A stretch of DNA of 64,000 bases. Origin: an uncultured Actinomycetes bacterium. GTDB lineage: Bacteria > Actinomycetota > Coriobacteriia > Anaerosomatales > PHET01. The translations under genes were made by a program, and so were the position numbers. The DNA lies in assembly GCA_963726325.1 (NCBI GenBank), contig CAVSCA010000007.1, positions 34,392 to 98,391 of the forward strand. The letters run 5' to 3'. The notes below the pieces were generated by a model. It was given only the letters and a program-made list of their open reading frames with translations, ran no database searches and was not told the origin of the DNA. The number at the start of each line of letters is the position of its first letter. Positions within the stretch are counted from its first letter, which is position 1. This document shows positions 1 to 8,706 of the stretch, in pieces.

Positions 1-1
1 C

Positions 2-386
2 TGGCTCGTGCTCACGCTGACCACTATCGGCGCCATCGGCAAGCGCCTCGCGACGTATCGCAGGGTCACGCTGCAGCTCGTGCTCGGACTGCTGTGCATC
101 TACATGCTGATCGGCCTGTCGTTCAGCCTCGCGTACCTGATCGTGGACCTGATGGTCCCGTTGGCGTTCGATCCTCGCTGAACTCAGGATCTCGGGCTGC
201 GTCTACTACAGCTTCATCACCCTGGCCACGGTCGGCTACGGTGACGTCTCCCCGGTCGCACCGATCGCGCGAAGCCTTGCGGTGGCCGAGTCCATCCTGG
301 GCCAGCTCTACCTGGTGAGCGTCGTGTCGCTGGCCGTGAGCCGCTTGGGCAGGGACCGGCGCACGAACCATCCTCGAGGAGACCGA
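2..386 (+). CDS. pore-loop K+ channel (2TM, KcsA-like); 5' end outside window; reading frame disrupted
   Basis: Frame 2 encodes a TM helix (LQLVLGLLCIYMLIGLSFSLAYLIV) and stops at 179-181. Frame 3 then carries the pore helix and selectivity filter YYSFITLATVGYGDVSP (TVGYGD = nt 228-245) and a second TM helix. There is no stop in frame 3 before the porA ATG. A frame-1 TGA (388-390) overlaps that ATG, so a second indel near 340-386 is likely. Confidence 0.6.
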
Positions 387-1613
387 ATGAGCGCCGTCTC
401 GACCGTCATGACCGGCAACGAGGCCGCAGCGACCGCCGCGAAGCTCGCTCGCGTGCAGGTGGTCGCCGCGTACCCCATCACGCCGCAGTCGCCCGTGGTC
501 GAGCAGCTCTCGGCGTGGGTCGAGTCGGGCGAGCTGCCCGCCGAGTTCGTCGCGGTCGAGTCCGAGCACTCGGCGCTGTCGGTGTGCATCGGCGCCTCGA
601 CCGTGGGCGCGCGCGCCTTCACCGCCACCAGCGCGAACGGGCTCGCGTACATGACCGAGCAGGTCTGGTGGGCGGCCGGCGCGCGGCTGCCCATCGTCAT
701 GTGCGTGGCGAACCGCGCGATGGCCGCGCCGTGGAACGTGCTCAACGACCAGCAGGACTCGATGAGCGTGCGCGACGCCGGCTGGGTCCAGCTCTACTGC
801 CGAGACAACCAGGAGATCCTCGACACCACCGTGCAGGCGTACCGCATCGCCGAGAAGCTCCACGTGCCGGTGATGGTCTGCTACGACGGCTTCCTGCTCT
901 CCCACACCATGATGCCGGTCGAGGTCCCGGACGCCGAGACGGTCGACGCGTTCCTGCCGCCCTTCACCGACCCGCTGCAGATCGTCGACCCGGCGGACCC
1001 GCGCAACGTCGGGCCGGTGACCATGGCCGACCCGCGCGCCGATGCGGGCGGCACGACCTGTCACGGCTACATGGAGATCCGCGCCCTGCATCAGCAGGCG
1101 CTGCTCGGCGCGCTCGAGCGGTGCCCGGCAGTCGATGCCGAGTGGGCCGCCGCAACCGGCCGGGCGTGGGGCGGGCTGACCTGGGAGCACCTGCTCGATG
1201 ACGCCGAGATCGTGCTGATCGCGGCCGGGTCGCTCGGCACGCAGCTCACCCTCGTCGCCGAGCAGCTGCGCAGCGAGGGAGTCGCCGCTGGCGTGCTCGG
1301 CGTTCGCTGCTACCGGCCATTCCCGGTCGACGCGCTGCGCGCGAAGCTCGCGGGCCGCAAGATCGCCATCGTCTTCGACAAGGCGATGAGCTACGGCTAC
1401 GAGGGCCCCATCTGCGGCGACCTGAAGGCGGCCCTGTGCGGCGTCGACGACGCGCCGGTCGTGTTCGGAACGGTGAGCGGGCTCGGCGGCCGAGACACGA
1501 CGCCCGACGATCTTCTCGGCGCGACTCGGCGCGCCATCGCCGACTACGGTGACGGCATTCGCGACCGTGGCGCCGACTGGATCAACCTGCAGCTGGAAGG
1601 CGGTGCCCGGTGA
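387..1613 (+). CDS. porA: 2-oxoacid (pyruvate-type):ferredoxin oxidoreductase alpha subunit
   Basis: ORF 282-1613. ATG 387 follows GGAGAC. TGNEAAATAAKLARVQVVAAYPITPQS and ESEHSALSVCIGAS are typical of PorA/VorB/KorA alpha subunits. The stop overlaps the beta subunit start (GTGA). Confidence 0.85.
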   Translation: MSAVSTVMTGNEAAATAAKLARVQVVAAYPITPQSPVVEQLSAWVESGELPAEFVAVESEHSALSVCIGASTVGARAFTATSANGLAYMTEQVWWAAGARLPIVMCVANRAMAAPWNVLNDQQDSMSVRDAGWVQLYCRDNQEILDTTVQAYRIAEKLHVPVMVCYDGFLLSHTMMPVEVPDAETVDAFLPPFTDPLQIVDPADPRNVGPVTMADPRADAGGTTCHGYMEIRALHQQALLGALERCPAVDAEWAAATGRAWGGLTWEHLLDDAEIVLIAAGSLGTQLTLVAEQLRSEGVAAGVLGVRCYRPFPVDALRAKLAGRKIAIVFDKAMSYGYEGPICGDLKAALCGVDDAPVVFGTVSGLGGRDTTPDDLLGATRRAIADYGDGIRDRGADWINLQLEGGAR

Positions 1614-2506
1614 CCCGGCTCGTCGACCTTCCCGACGCTGACTTCGTGCTTCCGGGCAACCGTGCGTGTGCGGGGTGTCCGCTCGGCATCGCACTGCGTC
1701 CCATCACCGCGGCGCTCGAGGGCAAGATGGTGCTGGTCAACCCGGCGAGCTGCCTGACGGTGCTCGGCGGCATGTACCCCACGGCCTCGCTCGCGGTGCC
1801 GTGGGTCAACGTCGCGTTCCCGTCGACGGCGGCGTCGGCGAGCGGCATCGCCGCCGGTCTTCGCGCGACGGGGCGCGCTGACGAGATGACGGTCCTGGCG
1901 ATGGCCGGCGACGGCGGTACGGCCGACATCGGCATACAGGCGCTGTCCGGCGCGGCCGAGCGCAACGAGGACATGATCTACGTCTGCTACGACAACGAGG
2001 CGTACATGAACACCGGCACGCAACGCTCGGGCTCGACGCCCGCGGGTGCGCGCACGACCACCACGTGGGCGGGCAAGCGCGAGAACCCCAAGGACGTGCC
2101 CGCGATCATGGAGGCGCACAACGTCCCCTACGTCGCCTCGGCCTCGGCGGTCTACCCCGACGACCTCTACGACAAGGTGGCGAAGGCGCGGACCATCCAC
2201 GGGCTGCGCTACATCCACATGAACCTGCCCTGCCCCAGCGGCTGGTCGTTCGATCCCAAGGACAGCGTGAACATCGGCAAGCTGGCCATCGATGCCGGGC
2301 TCGTCGTGCTCTACGAGATCGAGAACGGCGAGTTCCGGCTCACCGGTCGCAGCAAGACGCTCGCGAAAGCCGGTCTGCAGGCGACCGTCGCCGACTTCGT
2401 CGCCACGCAGGGCCGCTTTCGCGGCATCTCGGACGAGACGGTGGCATCGGTCCAGAAGTGGGCCGAGGAGCGCTGGGAGCGCTTCCGGGAGCGCGACGCC
2501 GGCTAG
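1610..2506 (+). CDS. porB: 2-oxoacid:ferredoxin oxidoreductase beta (TPP-binding) subunit
   Basis: GTG 1610. Contains the CAGCPLG Cys motif and the TPP-binding signature MAGDGGTADIG...YDNEAYMNTG. Intact 298-aa ORF. Confidence 0.88.
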   Translation: MTRLVDLPDADFVLPGNRACAGCPLGIALRPITAALEGKMVLVNPASCLTVLGGMYPTASLAVPWVNVAFPSTAASASGIAAGLRATGRADEMTVLAMAGDGGTADIGIQALSGAAERNEDMIYVCYDNEAYMNTGTQRSGSTPAGARTTTTWAGKRENPKDVPAIMEAHNVPYVASASAVYPDDLYDKVAKARTIHGLRYIHMNLPCPSGWSFDPKDSVNIGKLAIDAGLVVLYEIENGEFRLTGRSKTLAKAGLQATVADFVATQGRFRGISDETVASVQKWAEERWERFRERDAG

Positions 2507-3528
2507 GGGCTCGAGTCGCACTCAGTCCCGTGCTTGTCGGCGTCGTCGTTCGTGCTGTCCGCGGGGTCGTCCTCGTGCGTCTTGCGGCGGAGCAGCCTGC
2601 TTCCGCCTCGGAAGATGCTGCGCGGAACCGCCGTCACCGTAGGCGTGAGGTCGAACGGTTCGGGCGACTCCCAACCCAGCCACAGCGACCCCACTCGAAG
2701 AATCATCGCCACCGACGCCGCCGCGAGCATCGCCGGCAACTTGGTGATGTTGAGCCACGTGGCGAGCAGGACGTAGGTCGTGCTGCCGGCCAGGGCGGCC
2801 GTCGCGGACAAGCTTCCTCGGCGCAAGATCTCCGGCTCCCGGTCGCACAGAACGTCGCGTATCATGCCTCCGCCGATAGCGGTGACCGTACCCAGCATGA
2901 TGGCGGGGACGATCGTGAGACCCGCGACCAGCGCTTTGTCGGCACCGACAATGCAGAACAGCGCGAGCGAGAAGGCATCGATCACCGCGAGCGCGGGTCT
3001 GAGCTTTCGAGCTGCCGAGAAGAAGAACATCGCGACGAGTGCGGCTGCCAGCACGGCCCAAAGCGCGCGCGGCTCATCCAGTGCGAAGACCCCGTAGTCC
3101 TGCAGCAGCGTGTCTCGGATGATGCCGCCGCCGAGCCCGTTGACCACGGCGAGCACCATCACGCCGGTGATGTCGAACTTGAGCTGGACCGCTGTCATCC
3201 CGCCGGCAAGCGCACCAGCGAAGATCGCGGCGACCTCGAACCATACCGGCAGGAAGAGCGTCTGGGCAGTGACGGGTGTCGTGGTGGTGACCGCAGCGGG
3301 CAGGACCGATGCCACCACGCTGGGCACGACCGTCGTGACGATGCTACCGATCGTCCCGGTGCTCGCGGCGCTCGTGGTGGCCGAGGAGGCGACCGAGGCG
3401 GTTGCCGTCGTCAACGTGCTGGCCGCAGCCACGGCACTACTTGCTAGCAGGTACAGACCCGTCACGCCGCCTCCGCTCGATAGCCTCCAGCGCAGAGTGT
3501 GCCCCGTTGTGGTGCTCCAAGGCCGCAT
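2503..3528 (-). CDS. TRIC/UPF0126 (YadS-like) cation channel family membrane protein
   Basis: Two UPF0126 repeats ending in VVNGLGGGIIRD and VTAIGGGMIRD. The first ~90 codons are Ser/Thr/Ala/Val low complexity, so the true start may be internal. The stop shares the CTAG at 2503-2506 with porB. Confidence 0.75.
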   Translation of the reverse strand: MRPWSTTTGHTLRWRLSSGGGVTGLYLLASSAVAAASTLTTATASVASSATTSAASTGTIGSIVTTVVPSVVASVLPAAVTTTTPVTAQTLFLPVWFEVAAIFAGALAGGMTAVQLKFDITGVMVLAVVNGLGGGIIRDTLLQDYGVFALDEPRALWAVLAAALVAMFFFSAARKLRPALAVIDAFSLALFCIVGADKALVAGLTIVPAIMLGTVTAIGGGMIRDVLCDREPEILRRGSLSATAALAGSTTYVLLATWLNITKLPAMLAAASVAMILRVGSLWLGWESPEPFDLTPTVTAVPRSIFRGGSRLLRRKTHEDDPADSTNDDADKHGTECDSSP

Positions 3529-3602
3529 CTAGGGGAACAAACTTGGCGAAGACGGTTGCGCCGCGCTCACTTCGCGGTGCAGAGCAGGGAGGACATCGAG
3601 CG

Positions 3603-5012
3603 ATGGCAACACAACAGGCGCCTTCTGGCCCGCCGCTGGTCCCCAGTGGGTCGCGCGTGGTCGTGATTGTCTCGGCGGGCCCGCACCCCTCGCCACCGAC
3701 TGCGTTCGTGGTGACGCCGCCCGTGGTTGGCAAAGACCAGGGCAAGGCGCTCGCCGAACTGCAGGAGGTCGGGCTGCAGGCGCAGGTTTTCAACGACTAC
3801 AGCGACTCGCTGAAGCGCGGCGATGTGATCGGCCAACTGCCAGCGGCCGGTGCGAGTACGCCTGCAGGTAGCGAGGCGGTGCTGATCGTGTCGAGCGGGA
3901 AGGCGCCGGCGCCCACCGCGGCGGCGGTGCTGCCGGAGGTCGTAGGTAAGACGGAGCAGGAGGCGGTCTCAGCGCTGCAGCAGGCCGGGTTCTCGCCCCA
4001 GGTGGTGCGCGAGCACAGCCCCTCCGCACCCGAAGGCAAGGTCATCGGTCAGTTGCCCAGCGCTCGCTCGCTTGCCGCGGTGCCGCCGAAGAACAACGGA
4101 TGGATGCTGTGGGCCGGCATCGCAGCGGCCGTGGTGATTCTCGGCTTGCTCGCGTTCTTCTTCTTGCGCGGCTCGGGCGGCAAGGTCGTCGTCCCGGACG
4201 TGACCGGCATGACGCAGGAAGAGGCCGTGAAGGAGCTCGAGGACGTCGGCTTGGAGGTCAAGGTCACGGAGGCCGACGAGGATAAGGCCGGAGATGCTGA
4301 TGAGGGGACTGTCGTCGAGCAGAATCCGCCGGCGGGCACCGAGGTCAACGAGGGGGACGAGGAAGAGATAGTCGTCGTTCCACCAAAGACGTTGGTCCAA
4401 GTGCCTGACGTCCGCAAGCAGAACCAAGCCGACGCCACCAAGGCGCTTCAGGACGCGGGACTGGTGGTCTCCGTCACGCGGGAGTTCAGCAACACGGTCG
4501 CGAAGGGCCTCGTGATCTCACAGTCCCCGACCGCGGGCCAGAAGGTGCCACCGGGGACGACCGTGGGGATCGCGATCTCTGAGGGCCCGCAGGTCAAGAA
4601 CGTTGATGTGCCTGACGTCGTCGGCTTGAAGAAGGCCGACGCGCAGAACGAGCTGACGGATGCGGGACTCAAGGTCGTTGTCGCCGAGAGCCCGAGCGAC
4701 GATGTTGCCAAGGACGTCGTGATCGCGCAGCTTCCGGCAGCAGGCGAGTCGGTGGCCCCCGGTACGAGCATCGGCATCGTCGTGTCGACCGGTCCTGCGG
4801 CCTCGCCCGACGAGGTCAGCACCCCTGATGTGGTCGGAGTTACGCTCGCCGAGGCGCAGCAGACCGTCACTGACGCGGGGCTCGACGCGATCCCCGTGCC
4901 TGCGACAGGTAGCGGCAAGCCGGCCAACGAGGTCGTCGCGCAGTCGCCCGAAGGTGGGACCAAGGTGCAGAAGGGCAGCGACGTCGTGCTGTACTACTCG
5001 GCTGGTCCGTAG
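3603..5012 (+). CDS. multi-PASTA-domain membrane protein without kinase or PBP domain
   Basis: GGGAGGA then ATG 3603. About six PASTA-like units (e.g. VDVPDVVGLKKADAQNELTDAGLKVVV...GTSIGIVVSTGP). A single hydrophobic helix WMLWAGIAAAVVILGLLAFFFL lies at about nt 4101-4166. Confidence 0.8.
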   Translation: MATQQAPSGPPLVPSGSRVVVIVSAGPHPSPPTAFVVTPPVVGKDQGKALAELQEVGLQAQVFNDYSDSLKRGDVIGQLPAAGASTPAGSEAVLIVSSGKAPAPTAAAVLPEVVGKTEQEAVSALQQAGFSPQVVREHSPSAPEGKVIGQLPSARSLAAVPPKNNGWMLWAGIAAAVVILGLLAFFFLRGSGGKVVVPDVTGMTQEEAVKELEDVGLEVKVTEADEDKAGDADEGTVVEQNPPAGTEVNEGDEEEIVVVPPKTLVQVPDVRKQNQADATKALQDAGLVVSVTREFSNTVAKGLVISQSPTAGQKVPPGTTVGIAISEGPQVKNVDVPDVVGLKKADAQNELTDAGLKVVVAESPSDDVAKDVVIAQLPAAGESVAPGTSIGIVVSTGPAASPDEVSTPDVVGVTLAEAQQTVTDAGLDAIPVPATGSGKPANEVVAQSPEGGTKVQKGSDVVLYYSAGP

Positions 5013-5084
5013 GCAGCGGCGGAGAGGTCCGGGAGCGATTGACCGAGCACAAACGAGCCGATACCATACGTGAGCACGCGCAAC

Positions 5085-5160
5085 GGCCAGGTAGCTCAGA
5101 TGGTAGAGCAGGGGATTGAAAATCCCCGTGCCGGCGGTTCAAGTCCGTCTCTGGCCACCA
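5085..5160 (+). tRNA. tRNA-Phe (anticodon GAA), CCA encoded
   Basis: 76 nt: GGCCAGGTAGCTCAGATGGTAGAGCAGGGGATTGAAAATCCCCGTGCCGGCGGTTCAAGTCCGTCTCTGGCCACCA. It folds by hand into a cloverleaf. Anticodon stem is GGGGA/TCCCC and the loop is TTGAAAA. Confidence 0.95.
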
Positions 5161-5202
5161 TACATTCTACGAAGGCCGGCTCCCGAGGGGGCCGGTCTTT
5201 TG
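5126..5202 (+). repeat. direct repeat copy 1 (tRNA-Phe 3' half plus downstream hairpin)
   Basis: 5126-5160 is identical to 7586-7620. 5161-5202 is about 75-80% identical to 7621-7662 by manual alignment. Confidence 0.9.
5174..5201 (+). terminator. hairpin plus T-run after tRNA-Phe
   Basis: GGCCGGC (5174-5180) pairs with GCCGGTC (5191-5197, one G-U), followed by TTTT. Confidence 0.55.
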
Positions 5203-5422
5203 TGCGTGCAGGGGCGGAACTGCGGTGGCCGCAGCATGGCGGGAAGCCTGAGAATGATGCGCTTCGAGCTTCGGTCATCGGTTCCGCTGACGCGCGATCG
5301 CCGCGGCGCGCTGTGCGAGGCCCACACAAGTGGGGCTCCCCACCTGTCCGGCCGTGCAGGAGGCGCACCTTTCGGGAAGAACCAACACGCAGGTGTGCCC
5401 GTCGACCCTGGGAGGACTCGAC

Positions 5423-7393
5423 ATGAAATCAGCGACCCCCGTACGCCTCCGTTTGCTTCTCGGAGCGCGCTGTCTCCCGGTAGTCGCGGCTGTCGCGGTG
5501 CTACTTGCCACGGGGGTGGTTGCGGCACACGGGGTCGAGGCGCTCGACTATGCGGGGACACTCGAACGCGTGAACGTCAGTTCGTCAGGAGCGCAGGCCG
5601 ATCTCGACTACCTGCTTGGATACGACACTCACAAGGCCGAGGCGACGCCTGATGGTCGCTACGTTTGTTTCTCCAGCCCAGCCTCCACCTTGGTCGGTGG
5701 CGACACGAACGGTCGGTACGATGTGTTCGTGCGCGACCGTGTCACGGGCACTACGACGATGGTCAGCGTGTCCGACTCCGAAGAGCCAAGTCCGGTTGAC
5801 TCGGCTGCCAGCGACATCACTGCCGACGGCCGCAAGGTCGTCTTTCAGGCCGGATGGGAGGGATTCGTCTCCGGGGACAACAACGGGGTGGACGACATCT
5901 TCGTGCGGGACCTGACAGCGCGGACCACGACTAGGCCCATCGTCGCATTCGGGGGCGGTGAGCCGAATGCTGACAGCTTCAGCCCCGACATCACCCCCGA
6001 CGGGAGATACATCGCGTTCGGCTCGCAGGCGACGAACCTCGTGGCCACCGACACGAACGCTCAGCGCGATATCTTCGTGCGGGACCTGACTGCCGGTACG
6101 ACGACTCTTGTGAGTGTCAGCAGCGATGAGGCTCAGTCGGATGGCTACAGCAGGGCGGCCCATATCTCCAACGACGGACGATACGTCGCCTTCGCCTCGG
6201 ACGCTACGAACCTTGTGGACGGCGACACGAACGTCTCTACGGACGTGTTCGTGCGCGATCTGGTCGCAGGAACGACCACCCGTGTCGATGTGGATTCGGT
6301 TGGTGGTGAGGCCGCAAACGGCGTGACCAGCGATTCAATCAGCATGTCGGGGGATGGGCGGTACGTGACGTTTGGATCACTCGAGCAGCTGGTGAATTCC
6401 GACACCAATAGCACAGGGGACGTCTACATTCGCGACCTTCAATCGAGCGAGACCACGCTTGGAAGCGTGGGCGAAGGCGGGGTCATCGGCGACTCGTACT
6501 CCGTTGGAGGCGAGCTTTCGCCGGATGGGGAGCATGTCGTGTTCGTCTCGGCGGCCTCGAACTTCGTGGCGGGAAACACGACTCCGGCCAAGCCCGACGT
6601 CTTCGTACGCGACATCCAGAGCGGCGAGGTCGTTCTAGCGAGCGTCACCGGGTCGGGCACTGGCGGCAACGCGTACTCCGACTACGCGAAGGTTGGCGAC
6701 GACGGCAAGTGGGTGCTGTTCGAGTCCGGCGCTACTGACCTGGTGAGCGGTGATACGAATGGCAAGCGAGACGTCTTCATGGCGCAGGCTTGGTCTGGCA
6801 CCACGCTCACGTTGGCAGGCCCCGCGTCCGCTCCCGCGTACGGTGCACAGGTGAAGCTCAAGGCACGGCTTGTGAGGACGAACGGTGAAGCGGTGTCGGG
6901 CGAGTCCGTCATCTTCGAGCGTTGGACAGGGTCGACCTGGCAGTCGCTTGGCGCGGCAGAAACGACATCGACTGGCTACGCGGTCAAGTATGCGAGCGGG
7001 ATCAAGTCCAAGACGACATACCGCGTGCGATTCGTGGACTCTGTTCCATATCGCGCCGCTGGGCCGGTCGTGGCCTCGGTGAAGCCACAGGTGCGACTCG
7101 CGCGGTCGACGTCGTGGAAGACACTGGCGCGCTATCGGACGTACTACGCGAAGGGCTTCATCGCGCCCAAGCACTCGAAGGGCGACTCGAACAAGGTCAA
7201 GATCCGGGCGTACAAGAAGCGCAGCGACGGCAAGTACCACTACGTGAAGTCGTTCAAGGCGAGCTACTCCTACTACTCGTCGACAAAGACGCGGTACAGG
7301 GCGGCCGTCAAGCTCACTTCGAAGGGCTCGTGGAAGCTTGTCGCCTATCATGCCGAGGACGGCAGCACACGCGGCGACCTACGGCAGTGCTGA
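5423..7393 (+). CDS. secreted seven-bladed PD40/TolB-like beta-propeller protein with C-terminal Ig-like and Lys/Tyr/Ser-rich domains
   Basis: GGGAGGA then ATG 5423. Signal-like N-terminus MKSATPVRLRLLLGARCLPVVAAVAVLLATGVVAAHG. Seven repeats are marked by D[VI][FY][VI]RD (e.g. SPDGRYIAFGSQATNLVATDTNAQRDIFVRDLTAGTTTLVSVS). The tail may really end at 7412 (frame change near 7362 gives ...HAATYGSADYVKVK*). Confidence 0.8.
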   Translation: MKSATPVRLRLLLGARCLPVVAAVAVLLATGVVAAHGVEALDYAGTLERVNVSSSGAQADLDYLLGYDTHKAEATPDGRYVCFSSPASTLVGGDTNGRYDVFVRDRVTGTTTMVSVSDSEEPSPVDSAASDITADGRKVVFQAGWEGFVSGDNNGVDDIFVRDLTARTTTRPIVAFGGGEPNADSFSPDITPDGRYIAFGSQATNLVATDTNAQRDIFVRDLTAGTTTLVSVSSDEAQSDGYSRAAHISNDGRYVAFASDATNLVDGDTNVSTDVFVRDLVAGTTTRVDVDSVGGEAANGVTSDSISMSGDGRYVTFGSLEQLVNSDTNSTGDVYIRDLQSSETTLGSVGEGGVIGDSYSVGGELSPDGEHVVFVSAASNFVAGNTTPAKPDVFVRDIQSGEVVLASVTGSGTGGNAYSDYAKVGDDGKWVLFESGATDLVSGDTNGKRDVFMAQAWSGTTLTLAGPASAPAYGAQVKLKARLVRTNGEAVSGESVIFERWTGSTWQSLGAAETTSTGYAVKYASGIKSKTTYRVRFVDSVPYRAAGPVVASVKPQVRLARSTSWKTLARYRTYYAKGFIAPKHSKGDSNKVKIRAYKKRSDGKYHYVKSFKASYSYYSSTKTRYRAAVKLTSKGSWKLVAYHAEDGSTRGDLRQC

Positions 7394-7585
7394 CTACGTC
7401 AAGGTGAAGTAGGTCAGCGCCATACAGGTGCTGCTGCAAGCGCAATGGTCGCAATCATCCGTGGGTCGAGGCACTTGGACGACTCGGACGATGGCTACTT
7501 CACATGCCATGTCGTCACATCTGGGTACCAGTCGACCATGTCGAGCAGCTCCTTCTAGGTCCCTACTCATCAAGATCGCCAGTCA

Positions 7586-7662
7586 CCGTGCCGGCGGTTC
7601 AAGTCCGTCTCTGGCCACCATGCATTCTGCGAAGGCCGGCTCCTCTGGGGGCTGGCCTTCTG
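7586..7662 (+). repeat. direct repeat copy 2 (orphan 3' half of tRNA-Phe plus variant hairpin)
   Basis: CCGTGCCGGCGGTTCAAGTCCGTCTCTGGCCACCA without the 5' half of a tRNA. It is followed by GAAGGCCGGC...GCTGGCCTTC, a 10-bp stem. Confidence 0.9.
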
Positions 7663-7698
7663 CGTGTCTGAGCTGGGGATTCGTCCCGCGTAGCGGCT

Positions 7699-8088
7699 CT
7701 AGGGCGCGATTCGTAGCATCCGGGCGTTGATGGCGACGATGACGGTGGACGCCGACATGAGCAGCCCACCGATCGCGGGGCTGAGCAGGACTCCCGCGCC
7801 AGCCAACACCCCGGCAGCAAGAGGAATGGCTACAACGTTGTAGCCAGTCGCCCAAGCGAGGTTCTGCACCATCTTGCGGTATGTAGCTCGGGCCAACGAG
7901 AAGACGGTTGGAATGTCGTTCGGATTACTGCGCACCAGCACGACGTCGGCCGTAGCGATTGCCACATCTGTTCCGGCGCCTATGGCGATGCCCACGTCGG
8001 CTGTCGCCAGCGGCGGCGCATCGTTGACGCCGTCTTCGACCATCGCAACGACCTTGCCCTCGGATCGGATCCGCTGCACCGTTGCCAA
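7699..8088 (-). pseudogene. 5'-truncated heavy-metal P-type ATPase remnant (last ~129 codons only)
   Basis: [44 protein letters not shown]... matches the hinge and last two TM helices of CopA/ZntA-type pumps. The usual GDGxNDAP motif is degenerate. No upstream domains are present. Confidence 0.8.
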
Positions 8089-8195
8089 GGCCGGCCCGGT
8101 CTACTCGGCATGCGTCAACGGCAAGCCGAGCGAAACCGCGGTTAAGCGAAGCTAGCTTCGGGTATAAAGTAGATAACAAGCTGCGAAAGGCGGAT

Positions 8196-8648
8196 ATGAT
8201 GCCCGACATGGTGAATGTTCCTGTTCCGGTTGACCGGCTGCAGGAAGTCTATGAGGTTCTGGCGCGAAGGCCGGTTGGGTCCTCGGTCATTGGTGTGACC
8301 GAGGGTGGCTCTCCCAATGGGTGGAGCCAGGAGCTGATAGACCGCATGTTCATCGAGTCGTCGAGCGCCATGAGACGAATCCTCTGCGCACTGGCCCAGA
8401 GGTCGCCCGGCTGGGTCACCACCGGTGAGATCGCCGATGCCTCCGGGCTGACCGCCCGGCAGGTGGTTGCGTCGCTCGGACCGTTCGAGAAGCGTTGTCG
8501 CGGTCGTTACGGGATGAGCGAGCGACCATTCGCGGCAAGGGAGTTCGTCGACGAAGGCATCTTGAAGTACTCCATGCCGCCAGCAGTGGCCAGCAGGACC
8601 TTGGAACTGGCGGCACAGGTGGAAACGGACGAGAAGGTGAGCGCCTGA
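8196..8648 (+). CDS. hypothetical protein, possible winged-helix DNA-binding domain
   Basis: GAAAGG then ATG 8196 in an A/T-richer leader. The central segment ILCALAQRSPGWVTTGEIADASGLTARQVVASLGPF looks like a wHTH. No family recognised. Confidence 0.5.
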   Translation: MMPDMVNVPVPVDRLQEVYEVLARRPVGSSVIGVTEGGSPNGWSQELIDRMFIESSSAMRRILCALAQRSPGWVTTGEIADASGLTARQVVASLGPFEKRCRGRYGMSERPFAAREFVDEGILKYSMPPAVASRTLELAAQVETDEKVSA

Positions 8649-8706
8649 GTAGAACGCAACCGACCGCATCAACCGAGTCATCGTTCGCCTTCAGGAGGCG
8701 ATTCAC

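Larger units (their letters stand above)
5161..7585. mobile_element. candidate integrated islet bounded by tRNA-Phe 3'-half direct repeats; no integrase detected
   Basis: An intact tRNA followed 2.4 kb later by a copy of its 3' half is an att-like footprint. The interval holds only one gene. Confidence 0.3.

Noticed and set aside
7413-7585. Remnant of an integrase or excisionase between the propeller gene and the second tRNA-half copy.
   Set aside because: All six frames give only short ORFs. The best is a 14-aa peptide (MVDWYPDVTTWHVK) after a GAAGGAG on the minus strand. Nothing resembles tyrosine or serine recombinase motifs.
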